Shown here one piece after another: positions 25,926-38,805 of a DNA stretch of 64,000 bases. The notes below the pieces were generated by a model. The model ran no database searches and was not told the origin of the DNA. It worked only from the letters and a program-made list of their open reading frames with translations. Each line of letters starts with the position of its first letter. Within the stretch, counting starts at the first letter, position 1. Source of the DNA: Eledone cirrhosa (Eukaryota); NCBI GenBank assembly GCA_964016885.1, contig OZ024746.1:101122001-101186000 (forward strand), given 5' to 3'. A program made the position numbers and the translations under genes.

Positions 25926-27781
25926 TTACAATACAGAATCAAATATGTGAACAAAAAACATAGGACTACGCTCTAGTAACAAGAGCTTACCATCCAATGT
26001 CACATCTACTGATTGTGGACGTAAAATACAGTTCTCTGGCATGATAAACACTTTATCAAACTGACCATCTCTGAAGAGCCGGACAACTCTAGATTTCCAG
26101 GTGTCTGCAAGGTATATATACTTATTGTTAGCTGAAATACCAAAAACACCACACATACAAATGTTACTGTGGCTATCACTGCCACGAAACACAAATTTTA
26201 TCCTTCCTTTTAAATCTATACATATCAAACAGTTGCTGTCTTGATCAACCATTAAAACCTCATCTTCCGTTGTAATGGTCAGACATCCAACAGTTGAAAT
26301 AATTTCAGGATAGAGAGAAGCCATTTCAATATGTTGTACAACATCAGTGTGATCTGAATGAACAGTAAGTATATCTGCTGAAAGGAAATCAAATGAACTG
26401 CATACAAGTCTCTTGTCTTTAGTGGCGGCCACTCCTCGGTATTTACAGATTGTCTTTAAAGGACGCCACGACCATGGATGAACCATGTGGACATATTGAA
26501 CAAGGCGAATTTCAGATGAGTATGGGAATGTAATGGCTACTTCGCTGTTGGACCAAACACAAATACCAAATGGTTGACTAACAGTTTTCAAACAACCAAC
26601 AAGATGGCCTTCTCGATTAAATTGCTTTACTGCATGATTTACGCTATCTGTGACTATGAGCCGGCCATTTGGCAGGCTGACTACTTGTCCAAAGCATCTG
26701 TAATCAGTTTCATGAGCCAAGGTTGCTGGGAACTGATTCAATTTAACAGGTGTAAGTGGTCTTAAAAACCTTTCTAATTGTTCAGGTTTTTTTAGATGAT
26801 TGTCTTTTATGTGTTGAATAATTTCAAAACTACTCTGGCTTCTATCAAGAAAAACCTTGGGAGGAATGTTATTACTTGTAGCACATTGAAACTTGCTTTT
26901 ATCATACACTAAAGAAACTTCTCCTAACTTGTGTATTTCAAATTCTCGAAATAGTTTAAAATATTTCTGATTTGGAAAAAATCGGAAGCTGTGGTGTAAT
27001 CGTTTTGGTTGTGGAAGTTGAAGTGTATAATCAGGACTCATGTTTTGATATATATTCATAAATTGAGAACAAGATGACTCCAAGGCACAGTCAAGTGTGG
27101 AAAGATGTCGAGAAACTGAATCAACCATACCACGTGCTTGACCAAGGAGACCATCCAAATAATTTTGCTGATCATCATGTAACTGAACAAGATCAGAAAA
27201 TATCTCATTTTCCTTCTCTTTAAGAACTTTCTCAATCTTCAGGCGAATACTACAAATGTCCCTCTTTATTTCCTGCATGCTGAGAGTTACTATTTCTTTC
27301 TCTTTTAGCACTTCTTTAACTAATTCTTCAGCCTGTTTCTTTTTAGCAGCAAGGTTTAAACGGCTTGTTTCTGCAGCTCCTCGTTTGTCTGGATATACCG
27401 TTAGTAAGGAATGAACATAGCTATCACATTTGCGGTGCATATCGAAAAAACATAAACAGCATATCATTTGCTCACACTTTGTACAAAAGAGTTCCATTTC
27501 TTTAGAGCTATGGAGAGGACAACTTGGTCCAGATGGAATTTGAGAAAGTGCAGAACTTAAAGTTAAAACTTGATGTTCCATAGACACAGGATCTTTCTTT
27601 GAAGCATGTTTACTGGAACAATTTGAACACAGCCCTTCACAACAAGGCTTACACCAGAAATTAGCCAGTCTTCGTCTTTTCTGCTTTAGGCATGGTTCAC
27701 AGAATATACAACCTTCAGTTGCTTTTGTAAGCGAAAGTAAATTTATCAAGTGATGGTTTTGTGGAAATGCTCGGCCCCATT
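25926..27781 (-). CDS. TRIM-like protein exon 2: B-box1, B-box2, coiled coil, NHL/beta-propeller
   Basis: Acceptor ttttcag. B-box1 CEPC..CKPC..LC..C...H, B-box2 CPLH...LFCTKC..IC..C...H, a heptad-rich region, and NHL-like repeats (GRLIVTDSVNHAVKQF, PFGICV, IYLADTWKSRV). Spliced product is 705 aa. Confidence 0.92.
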
Positions 27782-29299
27782 CTGAAAAACACAAAAGAAA
27801 TAAATATGAATGTAAAATTTATATATATGTGTATACATACGTATATATATGTGTGTGTGTGTGTTTGTGTATACATACATATATATGTGTGTGTGAGTGT
27901 GTTTGTATATACATGTGTATATATGTGTGTGAGTGTTTGTATATACATGTGTATATATATATATATATATGTGTGTGTTTGTATATACATATGTGTGTGT
28001 GTGTACTGGTATGTAGAACTAGGTGAGTAACTGGTCAAATTTGTGATAAGCAGGGAGAAGGGAGAGGAAAGGAGAAGGGTGGGGTGGGGAACAGAGAATA
28101 GTAGGTATCTATACAGGTTAGGGGTCAGGGAAAAGAAATAATGTGGGTGGGTAATGTGTCAGAGAAGGGATAGGGGTGAAACTATCTCCAACGACAACCT
28201 GATGCAGTCTGCGACTAACCCAGGCTCTGCTGCACTTTGGGCCGACGAGGGTAAACTCTCAAATATCGGACGCTCTCCGACAGGTTTGTAGTTGAGCCCC
28301 TAGCAGTGGAAACTTCTGGTTTTCTTGGCCCTATGGCTACCTCTCTACTTACCACCGTTGGCATTTGACCACTTATGTCGTCTGTGAAGCTCAACATTCT
28401 ATTTGACCAGTTTTTCCTTGGTCTTCTTCCACATGTATCTCCCTCTAATAGAAAACAAGTCTCATCTAGCACACCTCATCCATTCACATCACATTCTTGA
28501 TAGTACAGCTGATAACATTGATCCACTCTCAATGCAGTAGAACTCCACCTTCCATCCAATCAACCATACTTCCTTTCTCCAGTCTTTACCTTCAACATAA
28601 ATGATAGTATATCTTATTATCATAAAACATCTGGATTGTCTGTCTCTTAGGTAGAATCATGTCTAAATAAATATTGGGAGTTTGAGGAAACAAGTGCTAG
28701 TACTGCTCACAGAAATTAGCCCAATAAAATGATTTCTAATTTGGGCTCAAAGTCAATTTTTTTTTTTCACCAGTTAGTTATATTGCAAGGCGCCAAATTG
28801 GTTAGAAGTCATTAGAACATTGGATAGAATGCTTTGTAGTATACATTCCTGCAATCTGAGTTCAAATCCCACCAAAGTCAACTTTGATTTTCATCCTTTC
28901 AAGGTCGATAAAAAAGTAGCAGTCAAGTACTGGGTTTGATTCTTCCTCTATATCTCTTTTTCACTTCTTTTCTGACACTCTTCCTTTCTGGAAGAAATCT
29001 GCGGTACTCAGACCTGAGAGGAGATGGGCTTCGTCAAGTATAAAAACATGCCCTAAGAAATGCTGCATATCAATACGACACATAACTCCCTCAGGATTTA
29101 TAGGTTCATACATACAGAAATGCCCAAGACATGCTGTATGTCACAACAACACTCATACAACTCCATCAGAAATTCATCATTATCATCGTTTAATGTCCAT
29201 TTTACACACTAGCATGGGTTAGACGCGTTGTCCTATCAGAGGTAAGTTGGGTCAGATGACCATGTCTTACTCATATAGAACTGTTTCTTGTCATTGGAT

Positions 29300-32200
29300 T
29301 CTGGCTGTTGATAGAGAGCAGCATGTTTGTAGCACAATCACATGCTGCTTTGATCTGCAGATATCTCTTCAAAGTCCTGTGGCAATGGGGAAGCAGCGAC
29401 ATATAAAGACCTAATGGAGGTGTGCAGTTGTTAATCTAGATGCAGCTGACTTAAGGCTTATCTAATGTTATGGAGGTATGCAGTTGTTGCCAGTTTTCAG
29501 AATAGGCACTGGCTTGGGTGGAGTTTTTTGTGACTGAGCAGCTCTTTCTTGAGAGACATCTAGAAAAGGTGACCCAAACATTGTCTGTTCCACTATCAAG
29601 CTGGTCAGCAACTTACAGCTGATGGCCATTTATACTGGCAGGGAAAAAGATTAGTAATTTTCAAAAGAATAGAATTACATTGAATGTTGCTACATAGAAT
29701 ATTAGAACATTTCTTGGCAGGGAATCATCCACAAATCCAGGACACAGAACTGCTATTGTTGGCAGAGAATGGAGCAGGTATAATATTGATATAGCTGCTG
29801 GCTATACGTTCCTCTGGAAAGGGAAACCAAATGGGAAGAAAAGGAATGGAGGAGTAAGTTTCACTGTCTAGACTGAGGTCACAAATTGGCTCGCGCAACC
29901 ACAAAGCATTGGTGATTAAATCATGCATCTGAAAGTTCCTCTTTCTAGGGGACATTTCATGACTGTCATCTCAATAGTAACCAGGAATTAATCATTGCTT
30001 TTTACTAAGATTTACCAGGGTGTATAACATTGATTCGACATTTGGACAAGATCTTGCTTCTTGGAAATTTCAAAGCATGTGTGGGAAAGGACAACCACAT
30101 CTGGAGTGTTTTAGGACATCATGGCATGAGCAAGATGAATGTCAATGGTCTTCTCCTTTTGCACTGAGTTTGAGCTGGTCGTGTGTGATACTTTTTTTCA
30201 GCAAAAGGAGATCCACAAGGTAACATGGATACACCCAAGATCTAAACATGGACACATCATCACCAGGAAGAGAGACCTCCAGAATATCTGCTCTGTAAGA
30301 GTAATGTGTGGTGTAGAACGTGGTATAGACCACAAACTTGAACATATCAAGATGAAGGTGTAGATCAGAGGAACAGTGAGGGCAACAGGGGTACAAGTGT
30401 AGAAATGTGAGATGCTCTTCAAACGTCGTCTTTGATGGAATTTGGGAAGAGTTTAGAGCACAAGTTTACAGTGTTGGGACTGATGTACTTGGTCTTAAGA
30501 AGACAAAACACAGAGACTGGTTTGATGATAATGACGCTGCAATCACCATGTTCATTGAAGAAAAGAACAAGCTATATGAGAAGTGCCTTGTTGCAGAGAG
30601 TCCTATGAAAACCACTTTTGAGAAAACCTTCCAAGAAGCTAAATCAAAACATGAAAGATAAAGAATAACTGGTGGTCTGAAGTTTCAGCAGAGATGCAGA
30701 GGGCTTATACCTGCAGAGACCTGAAGGAATTATACAGCATGATAAAGGAAGTGTTTGGTCCACACCCCTCAAAAATGGCACCATTCAAGTCGAAAGATGG
30801 GAACGTCCTCATCAGAGATCCAGCAGGAATTATGAGTCGGTGGACTGAACATTTAAAGATCTGTTTGATAACTCATCTGTAGTTGATGAGGAAATTATTA
30901 ATGGACTGCCACAAAGGGAGACTGTAACAGAGATGATGACTGATCCAAGGTCTACTATCAAAGAGATAAACATAGGAAAAGCTCCAGGTTTGGATGGAAT
31001 ACCTGTTGAGATGATCCGCTTTGGAGGAGACAATGTTGCTATGGCCATTCATGGGCTAGTCTTATCTGTATGGCATGGTGAGCCTGTCCCTCAAGACTGG
31101 GTTGATGCAATTTTACTCTCAATTTACAAGGGCTCCAAGTCGGAATGTGGTAATTATTGTGGTATAAGTCTGCTCGAATCAGTAGGAAAAGTCTTATCTA
31201 AGGTCTTTCTGAATCGTCTAATAAAATGGATCTGCCCTGGTGCCATCCCTGAGACCCAGTGTGGATTCAGAGCTGGGTGGGGTACTATAGACATGATTTT
31301 CTCAGCACATCAGCAAAGCCTTTGATTCTGTTAAACATAGTGCATTGTGAGTCGTATTGGGGAAACTTGGATGCTCTCATGAGTTTGTCGGAATATTCAG
31401 AAAACTGCATCAAAATATGAAAGCAAAAGTGAACTTCAATGGGACACTTTCAGAGCCAATTTCAGTGGAAAACGGTGTTAAACAAGGTGACACACCTGCA
31501 CCCACTCTGTTCTCCATCTACTTTGCCCTGCTGCTGACATGTGCCTTCCAAGACGTCGATTTCTGTGTATACTTGTGAATTAGAACCTCTGGCAAAGTAT
31601 TTAATCTAAGACGGTTTAACACCAAATCCCAAACATTTGGCACTCTTGTTACGGAAGTCCTATAAGCTGATATTGCAGATTTTATGGCTCACACAGTAGA
31701 GGACATGCAGTTGATATTGGACACCTTTTCCAATGCATGTATTATGTTTGGGTTAAATATTAGCATAAAAAAAGACAAAGGCCATGTACACTCCATCAGT
31801 TCAGAAAGTGTGTGGAGCCAGACATTTCCATGAAAGGATAAAGAATTGAGGTGGTGGACAGCTTTGTGTATTTTGGAAGTACACTTAGAGATGGTACCCT
31901 CAATGCTGAAATAGATCACAGCATTGCGAAAGCAAGTCTTGCTTTCGGGAAGCTTGAGAAGCAAGTCTGGTCAAATCACGAGAAACACAAAGCTCTCTGT
32001 GTGTGAAGTGTGCGTTCTTACAGCCCTGCTATACAGATACGTGGACAACTTACAGGCATCACATCAAGCAGTTGGAAAGATTACATCAGTATTGTATACA
32101 ACGCACCCTCAACATCAAGTGGTCCTCTTACACACCTCACGCTGTGGTACTTGAGAAAGTGGGTAGCACCAGTATTGAGAGCAGGGTTATTATGAACCAG

Positions 32201-33610
32201 ATGCAATGGGTTGGTCATGTGGTTAGGATGGATGATGGAAGGCTGCTTAAACAGTTATTTTATGGGGAGATGACCAGAAGAAAAAAGCCACAGTATAAAC
32301 CAAAGAAGCGGTTTAAGGATGGTCATAAAAGACAGTCTTAAAACTCTGAAGATTGATCTGGAGAACTGGGAGAGACTGGCTGAAGGCTGTACATCAAGGA
32401 GAAAGATCATCAAATATGGAGGTGATGTCTTCGAGAAATAGTGAGTGGAGCATGCTGTTTTGAAGCGTTCACTTCGTAAGTGGAACTCAAGTACAATGTC
32501 TGTAAATTCCAGCAGGAAATGAGGTGAAATGTGGCTGATTTCTTCTAACAAGCACTGGACTTGTCAAACATCATACGAGACAGGAAGAAATGGAGCTAAT
32601 TGTGAGATGGTTCTACTGTCACGTACTCCACGGTACATTTGCTGTGAGTGTGGCTTAATTAGCAGGTCAGCTGATGGACTGACCAGTCATGGTATAATAC
32701 ATGAAGACCTACCCCAGCTGGTGGACTGACCAGTCATGGTAGAATACATGAAGACCTACCCCAGCTGGTGGACTGACCAGTCATGGTAGAATACATGAAG
32801 ACCTACCCCAGCTGGTGGACTGACCAGTCATGGTAGAATACATGAAGACCTACCCCAGCTGGTGGACTGACCAGTCATGGTAGAATACATGAAGACCTAC
32901 CCCAGCTGGTGGACTGACCAGTCATGGTAGAATACATGAAGACCTACCCCAGCTGGTGGACTGACCAGTCATGGTAGAATACATGAAGACCTACCCCAGC
33001 TGGTGGACTGACCAGTCATGGTAGAATACATGAAGACCTACCCCAGCTGGTGGACTGACCAGTCATGGTAGAATACATGAAGACCTACCCCAGCTGGTGG
33101 ACTGACCAGTCATGGTAGAATACATGAAGACCTACCCCAGCTGGTGGACTGACCAGTCATGGTAGAATACATGAAGACCTACCCCAGCTGGTGGACTGAC
33201 CAGTCATGGTAGAATACATGAAGACCTACCCCAGCTGGTGGACTGACCAGTCATGGTAGAATACATGAAGACCTACCCCAGCTGGTGGACTGACCAGTCA
33301 TGGTAGAATACATGAAGACCTACCCCAGCTGGTGGACTGACCAGTCATGGTAGAATACATGAAGACCTACCCCAGCTGGTGGACTGACCAGTCATGGTAG
33401 AATACATGAAGACCTACCCCAGCTGGTGGACTGACCAGTCATGGTAGAATACATGAAGACCTACCCCAGCTGGTGGACTGACCAGTCATGGTAGAATACA
33501 GTCAGTTTTACCATGATACAGACAGTTCAAGTGTCACATATGTGAACCAACCTGCAAAACAAAAGCGGATCTGAAAAGCAATGAAGGGGTGGCAGTCTTC
33601 TGACAATCAA
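29300..33610 (+). mobile_element. Near full-length decayed RTE (BovB-like) LINE with C-terminal C2H2 zinc fingers
   Basis: Frameshifted endonuclease (TWIHPRSKH), RT (GKAPGLDGIP, QCGFRAG, GVKQG) and C-terminal (WVGHVVRMDDGRL.KQLFYGE) segments, then CCEC...H...H and CHIC fingers. Confidence 0.85.
32677..33500. repeat. 47-bp minisatellite, 17 full copies plus a partial copy
   Basis: Unit gactgaccagtcatggtagaatacatgaagacctaccccagctggtg; copies are essentially identical. Confidence 0.97.
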
Positions 33611-34823
33611 CATAAATATAATTAATCCATCACCAAAGGTTTCAGGAAACTAGATGATCCTAACAGAGTCCAGTATACTCACCAGATGAAATATTTATGT
33701 TATGGACATGAGATTTAAAATTAATATCTATTAAAAATGAAAGGGAGGCTGAATTAAAATAATGGAAAAAAATATGTGTATATAAATTTTATTTTTGTAT
33801 ATTTATTGACACTGACTTATATACGCACGTGCGTATATGTGTGTGTATGTATGTGTATATATATATGTGTGTTTATTATATTTGTATATGTGCGCGATAG
33901 CCTCGCCTAGCATTGTATCGTGTTGTTTTTATTTTATTTTCATTTGTCATTTATTATTTATATTTTATCATATGTACTTTATCCCAGTACAACCTGTCTC
34001 ATGGTCGGGTCGTTGGCGACTAGACTGGCAATCCCACCAAGGTTTCTTGGTGAGGAGGGTGACTTTGGACATCCTGCAGGACTAAAAACAAAACCTGTCA
34101 AAGGGCAAAGGAGCTCTTAAGAGTCAATGGCCATCCAAAATCAACGGGAGAGATGACCCCTTAGCCTTTGTCAAGGCAGAATTCTAGGAGAAGGAAAACT
34201 CTTATATAACACCTGCAACCCTGATGATATCCAATGATGTTGACTTGTTCTTCTTTTTGGTAAATATCATCTTGGTTAAGAGAGTGGGACTGGCTTTGTG
34301 CAGTGCCTTTGCTCACTATAAAAGCTCACGGCACAGGCATTGCTTTATATCTGGGGATCTCTCTGCACTTGTCGTCACATGGTACCATGGGCCCAGCACT
34401 ATGTGTCAATAATTGTCACAAGTGTAGTGTTTGTACCAGAGCTTTCAAGTCGATGGCTGGACTAAAAAGTCACACTCGTTCAGCGCATCAGTAGGGGTTC
34501 TCCTACATGGATATAAAGTAGTGACCATACTCGAAAACGAGTTGGCAGCCACCATATATATATATACATACGTTATTTATGTGTACGTATGTATGTTTAT
34601 ATGTGAACGTACGTATTTTGTGTGTGCATGTATACACACATATATATAAGTATATAAGTATATACATGTGTATGTAGGGATGTGCGCATGTATTTTTGTG
34701 TATATGTGCATGTATGTACATCTGAATCTGTCTATACATGTATTTTTTCCGTTATTTTATACTCAGCCTCACTTTCATTTTTAATCGATATTAATTTCAA
34801 ATCTTATGTCCATAACATAAATA

Positions 34824-34885
34824 TTTCATCTGATGAGCATACTAGACGTTTCTATTAGGATCGTCTAGTTTCCTAGTAATGGAAT
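34824..34885 (+). ncRNA. Defective hammerhead, homolog of the 42395 motif
   Basis: TTTCAT-CTGATGA-gcatACTAGACG...CGTCTAGT...GTA-ATGGAA. The GAAAC segment is missing. The downstream flank resembles 42455-42490. Confidence 0.45.
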
Positions 34886-35000
34886 AATTGTATTGTGTTG
34901 TTTATTATGTAATTAAATAGCTCTGTACTATACATAGAGCACTCTTCTTTCCTGCACCTTTTCCTACGGAAATACTTAACATATATATATAAACAACAGG

Positions 35001-37147
35001 AGGTGTTCAAGATTGCGAGGCAGTGTGTCAGAGAGAGTTGTGATGTCATTGGAGAGAAGTGTATCCGGAATGATAAAGGTGAGCTTGCCCTCACAAGTGC
35101 TGAGAAGAAAGATGCATGGAAGAGCCATTATGATAGATTACTAAATGAGGAGAATGCATGGGAAGAAGAGACCCTACCCCAAGTAGACCCTATAGAGGGG
35201 CCAGCAGTACTAGTCAGCAGTAACGTAGTAAGTAAGGCAATCAAAGATATGAAGATGGGGAAGGCAACCGGCCCATCGGGTATAGCTGCCGAGATGCTGA
35301 AGGCATCTGGGTCTGTAGGTCACACTATAACCACACGTATTGTTAACCAGTTAATACTAGAAGGTGTCATACCAAAAGATTGGTGCAGTAGCATCATTGT
35401 CAACTGCTACAAAGGTAAAGGTGATGCACTAGATAGAGGAAACTATAGAGGTATAAAGCTGACGGACCAGGTCATGAAAATAACAGAAAGAGTTATAGCA
35501 CAGTTGATTAGGGACCGGGTGAAACTAGACGAGATGCAATTTGGGTTTGTACCAGGAAGAGGCACCACTGATGCCCTCTTCCTTGTGAGGCAGTTACAGG
35601 AAAAGTACCTAGCGAAAAGTAAGCCACTCTACCTGGCATTTGTCGACCTTGAGAAAGTCTTTGACAGAGTTCCACGTACTGTAATCTGGTGGGCTCTTAG
35701 AAAACTAGGAGTAGATGAATGGCTTGTGAAAGCGGTACAAGCCATGTATAGGGGAGCAGTCAGCAAAGTTAGGATTAGCAATGAGTATAGCGAGGAATTT
35801 AGCGTACAGGTTGGGGTCCACCAGGGCTCTGTTCTTAGCCCCCTCCTGTTCATCATAGTCCTGCAGGCAATAACGGAGGAGTTTAAGACCGGATGCCCAT
35901 GGGAACTCCTGTATGCTGATGACCTCGCACTTATAGCTGAATCTATGGTAGAACTAGAGAAGAAATTCCAAACTTGGAAGCAGGGACTAGAAAGAAAGGG
36001 TCTCAAAGTCAACATGACAAAGACTAAGGTCCGTGTAAGTAGACGAGAAAACAGAACCCCGATCCCCTCAGGGAAATGGCCTTGCTCAGTATGTAGGAAC
36101 TCCATTCTCTGCCCCAAATGCAAACAATGGGTACACAAGAGATGTAGCGGGATCTCAGGAAGCTTAATTAAGAATGTAGGCTTCACATGCAGCAAACAGC
36201 CACAGGAAACAAGTACCACCAATCTCTGGGAGGGCTCTGTAGAAACAGTAGACAGCTTCTGCTACCTAGGTGACCGAATTAGCAGCGGAGGTGGGTGTTC
36301 AGAAAGTACAATAACTAGGGTAAGAACGGGATGGAAGAAGTTTAGGGAACTACTACCACTACTAGCTGCAAAAGGCTTCTCCCTCAAAATGAAAGGCAGA
36401 CTGTATGATGCGTGTATCCGAACAGCGATGTTGCATGGTAGTGAGACCTGGGCGCTGAAGGTGGAAGACTTACGTAGATTAGAGAGAAACGAAGCCTGTA
36501 TGCTCCGATGGATGTGTAACAGTAATATACGCGAACGACAAAGCATAAATGAATTGAGAGAGAGACTGAGCATAAGAGGAATCAAATGCTGTGTGCAGGA
36601 GAGGCGGTTGCGCTGATATGGACATGTGATGCGTATGAAGGATGACAGCTGCATAAAAAGGTGCAGAGCACTAGAAGTTGATGGAAACCGCGGAGTGGGG
36701 AGACCCAAGATGACTTGGGATGAGGTGATAAAAGCCGACCTTACCCAACTACACCTCTCAAAGGCGATGACACACAGCCGTGACCTCTGGCATCACGCAG
36801 TAATACAGAGTACCCGACCTCCCATGGGTACAAGCTGAAGCACATAGACAATATGCCCCCACATCCCCCACCGCAACATGGTCGTGGAGGTGCCACGGCA
36901 AAAAAGCACCCAGCCCACACTGTAAAGTCGATGTGTAGGCGCCACGAAAAAGCACCCAGCACTCACTGTAAATGAGGTTGGTGTTAGGAAGGGCATCCAG
37001 CTGTAGAAATCAAGCCAAATCAGTTCCTGTATGAGCAAGGCATGGTCAGCCGACCAGACACTGCCCACAACAGGACAACCCGTCTAACCCATGCTAGCGT
37101 GGAAGAACGGACGTAAAACGGTGATGATGATGATGATGATGATGATG
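35001..37147 (+). mobile_element. RTE-clade LINE, 5'-truncated and young
   Basis: 537-aa RT ORF (QFGF.PGRGTTDA, FVDLEK.FDRVP, GVHQGSVLSPLLF, LLYADD) with an internal Cys/His cluster. One premature TGA at 36616, then a 3' UTR and a (GAT)n tail. Confidence 0.93.
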
Positions 37148-37150
37148 AAA

Positions 37151-38230
37151 CTAGCCGTCACCCAGCCTTTGCCCAGGTCTCTAGTGTGTTCAAATCTATT
37201 CATAAGACACCTATAGTCATCTGTCATAATGTCCATTTTCCTTAGAATAAAAGATGTTAAAAGGTATTGAAATAGTGAATAACAATTTTAAAAATCTATT
37301 TAGAATATCTAAATACAGAAAGTAATAAAGAAAATAATAGAAAAATGTATTCTACGGTGGAAATTCTAAAACGTTTACACAACTTCACTATATACAATAT
37401 TTTTAACTGACTCTCACTAGGAGTTACAATCATTTGAAATGAAAGGGGACATCTGTTGGTTTTAGTGGTATTGTAGGACATCTGTTGGTATTAGAGGTAT
37501 TGTAGGACATCTGTTGGTATTAGAGGTATTGTAGGACATCTGTTGGTTTTAGAGGTATTGTAGGACATCTGTTGGTATTAGAGGTATTGTAGGACATCTG
37601 TTGGTATTAGAGGTATTGTAGGACATCTGTTGGTATTAGAGGTATTGTAGGACATCTGTTGGTATTAGAGGTATTGTAGGACATGTTGGTATTAGAGGTA
37701 TTGTAGGACATGTTGGTATTAGTGGTATTATAGGACATCTGAAGGTATTAGCGGTATTCTAGGTATACTATGTCTCCCTTACAACATCCAGTGAGGATTT
37801 TGTCTTCAATAACATGAAGCTGTAGTTCAGTCACAACCATGTGTCCTATTGCACTTCTTGGCTGATCACGGTTTTTGAGGAGCATGGTGACTACACCTTT
37901 CTTCAATGGTTCCCTTCTGTTGAGAAATTCAAGAGGATAATGGATAGCATCGTCCTCGTCGACAACTTTATCAATAGATTTATAGGTCTTGCTACCTCTA
38001 GGGATCATTTGTGAGAGATTTTTGTTGATGACATTCACTGTGATGTTTTTTGGGGGCAAGTATTGCTCTTTCACACAGCCAATCCTCACTGGAATGTTGT
38101 ATTTCAAAATTGGGGAACACTTGATTAATTAAGCTATCAGCACTTTCCACAACAGTACACAATGATGAAGGATCAAAACATCCTTCAGTATCAAGGGATA
38201 TTTTGCCTTCACCAAGTTTCAGAAGCATGG
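37151..38230 (-). mobile_element. Helitron 3' fragment (PIF1-like helicase plus terminal hairpin and CTAG)
   Basis: LLKLGEG, WLCERAILAPK, YKSID, YPLEFLN and PRIPLIPSD motifs. Ends in a GC-rich imperfect hairpin (acctgggcaaaggctgggt) followed by CTAG|T at 37154-37151. Confidence 0.85.
37447..37750. repeat. 29-bp minisatellite, ~10 copies, inside the Helitron helicase sequence
   Basis: Unit ggacatctgttggtattagaggtattgta. Confidence 0.95.
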
Positions 38231-38234
38231 ACTA

Positions 38235-38805
38235 GGTGCTTTTTGTTGACACCTACATGACCACTTTACAGTGTGGACAGGGTGCTTTTTGTCATGATAC
38301 CTACATGACCACTTTACAGTGTGGACAAGGTGCTTTTTGTCATGTCACCTACATGCCCACTTTACAGTGTGCTTTTTGTTGTCACCTTCATGACCACTTT
38401 ACAGTGTAGACTGGGTGCTTTTTGTTGTGACACCTACATGACCACTTTACAGTGTGGGCTGGGTGCTTTTTGACGTGACATCTACACGACTACTTTACAG
38501 TGTGGACAGGGTGTTTTTTGTTGACACCTACATGACCACTTTACAATGTGGACACGGTGCTTTTTGTTGTGTTACTTACATGATCACTTTACAGTGTGGA
38601 TAGGGTGTTTTTTGTTGACACCTACATGACCACTTTACAATGTGGACAGGGTTCTTTTTGTTGTGTCACCTACATGACCACTTTACAGTGTAGACAGGGT
38701 TCTTTTTGTTGTGTCACTTACATGACCACTTTACAATGTGGACAGGGTGCTTTTTGTCGTGACACCTACATGACCACTTTACAATGTCGACAGAGTGTTT
38801 TTTTG
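38235..38805. repeat. ~45-48-bp degenerate repeat derived from the RTE 3' UTR
   Basis: Unit cacctacatgaccactttacagtgtggacagggtgctttttgt, the reverse complement of the short repeats in the RTE 3' UTRs at 6130-6245 and 36880-36975. Confidence 0.88.

Noticed and set aside
32677-33500. CRISPR-like regular array
   Set aside because: The units are contiguous and identical with no unique spacers, there are no cas genes, and the context is eukaryotic.
33990-34260. Possible HDV-like ribozyme in an RTE-like 5' UTR segment
   Set aside because: Hairpins are visible, but I could not assign the nested double pseudoknot by eye. It needs a descriptor search.
35629-36708. 197-aa and 148-aa minus-strand ORFs
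   Set aside because: Antisense shadows of the RTE reverse transcriptase ORF.
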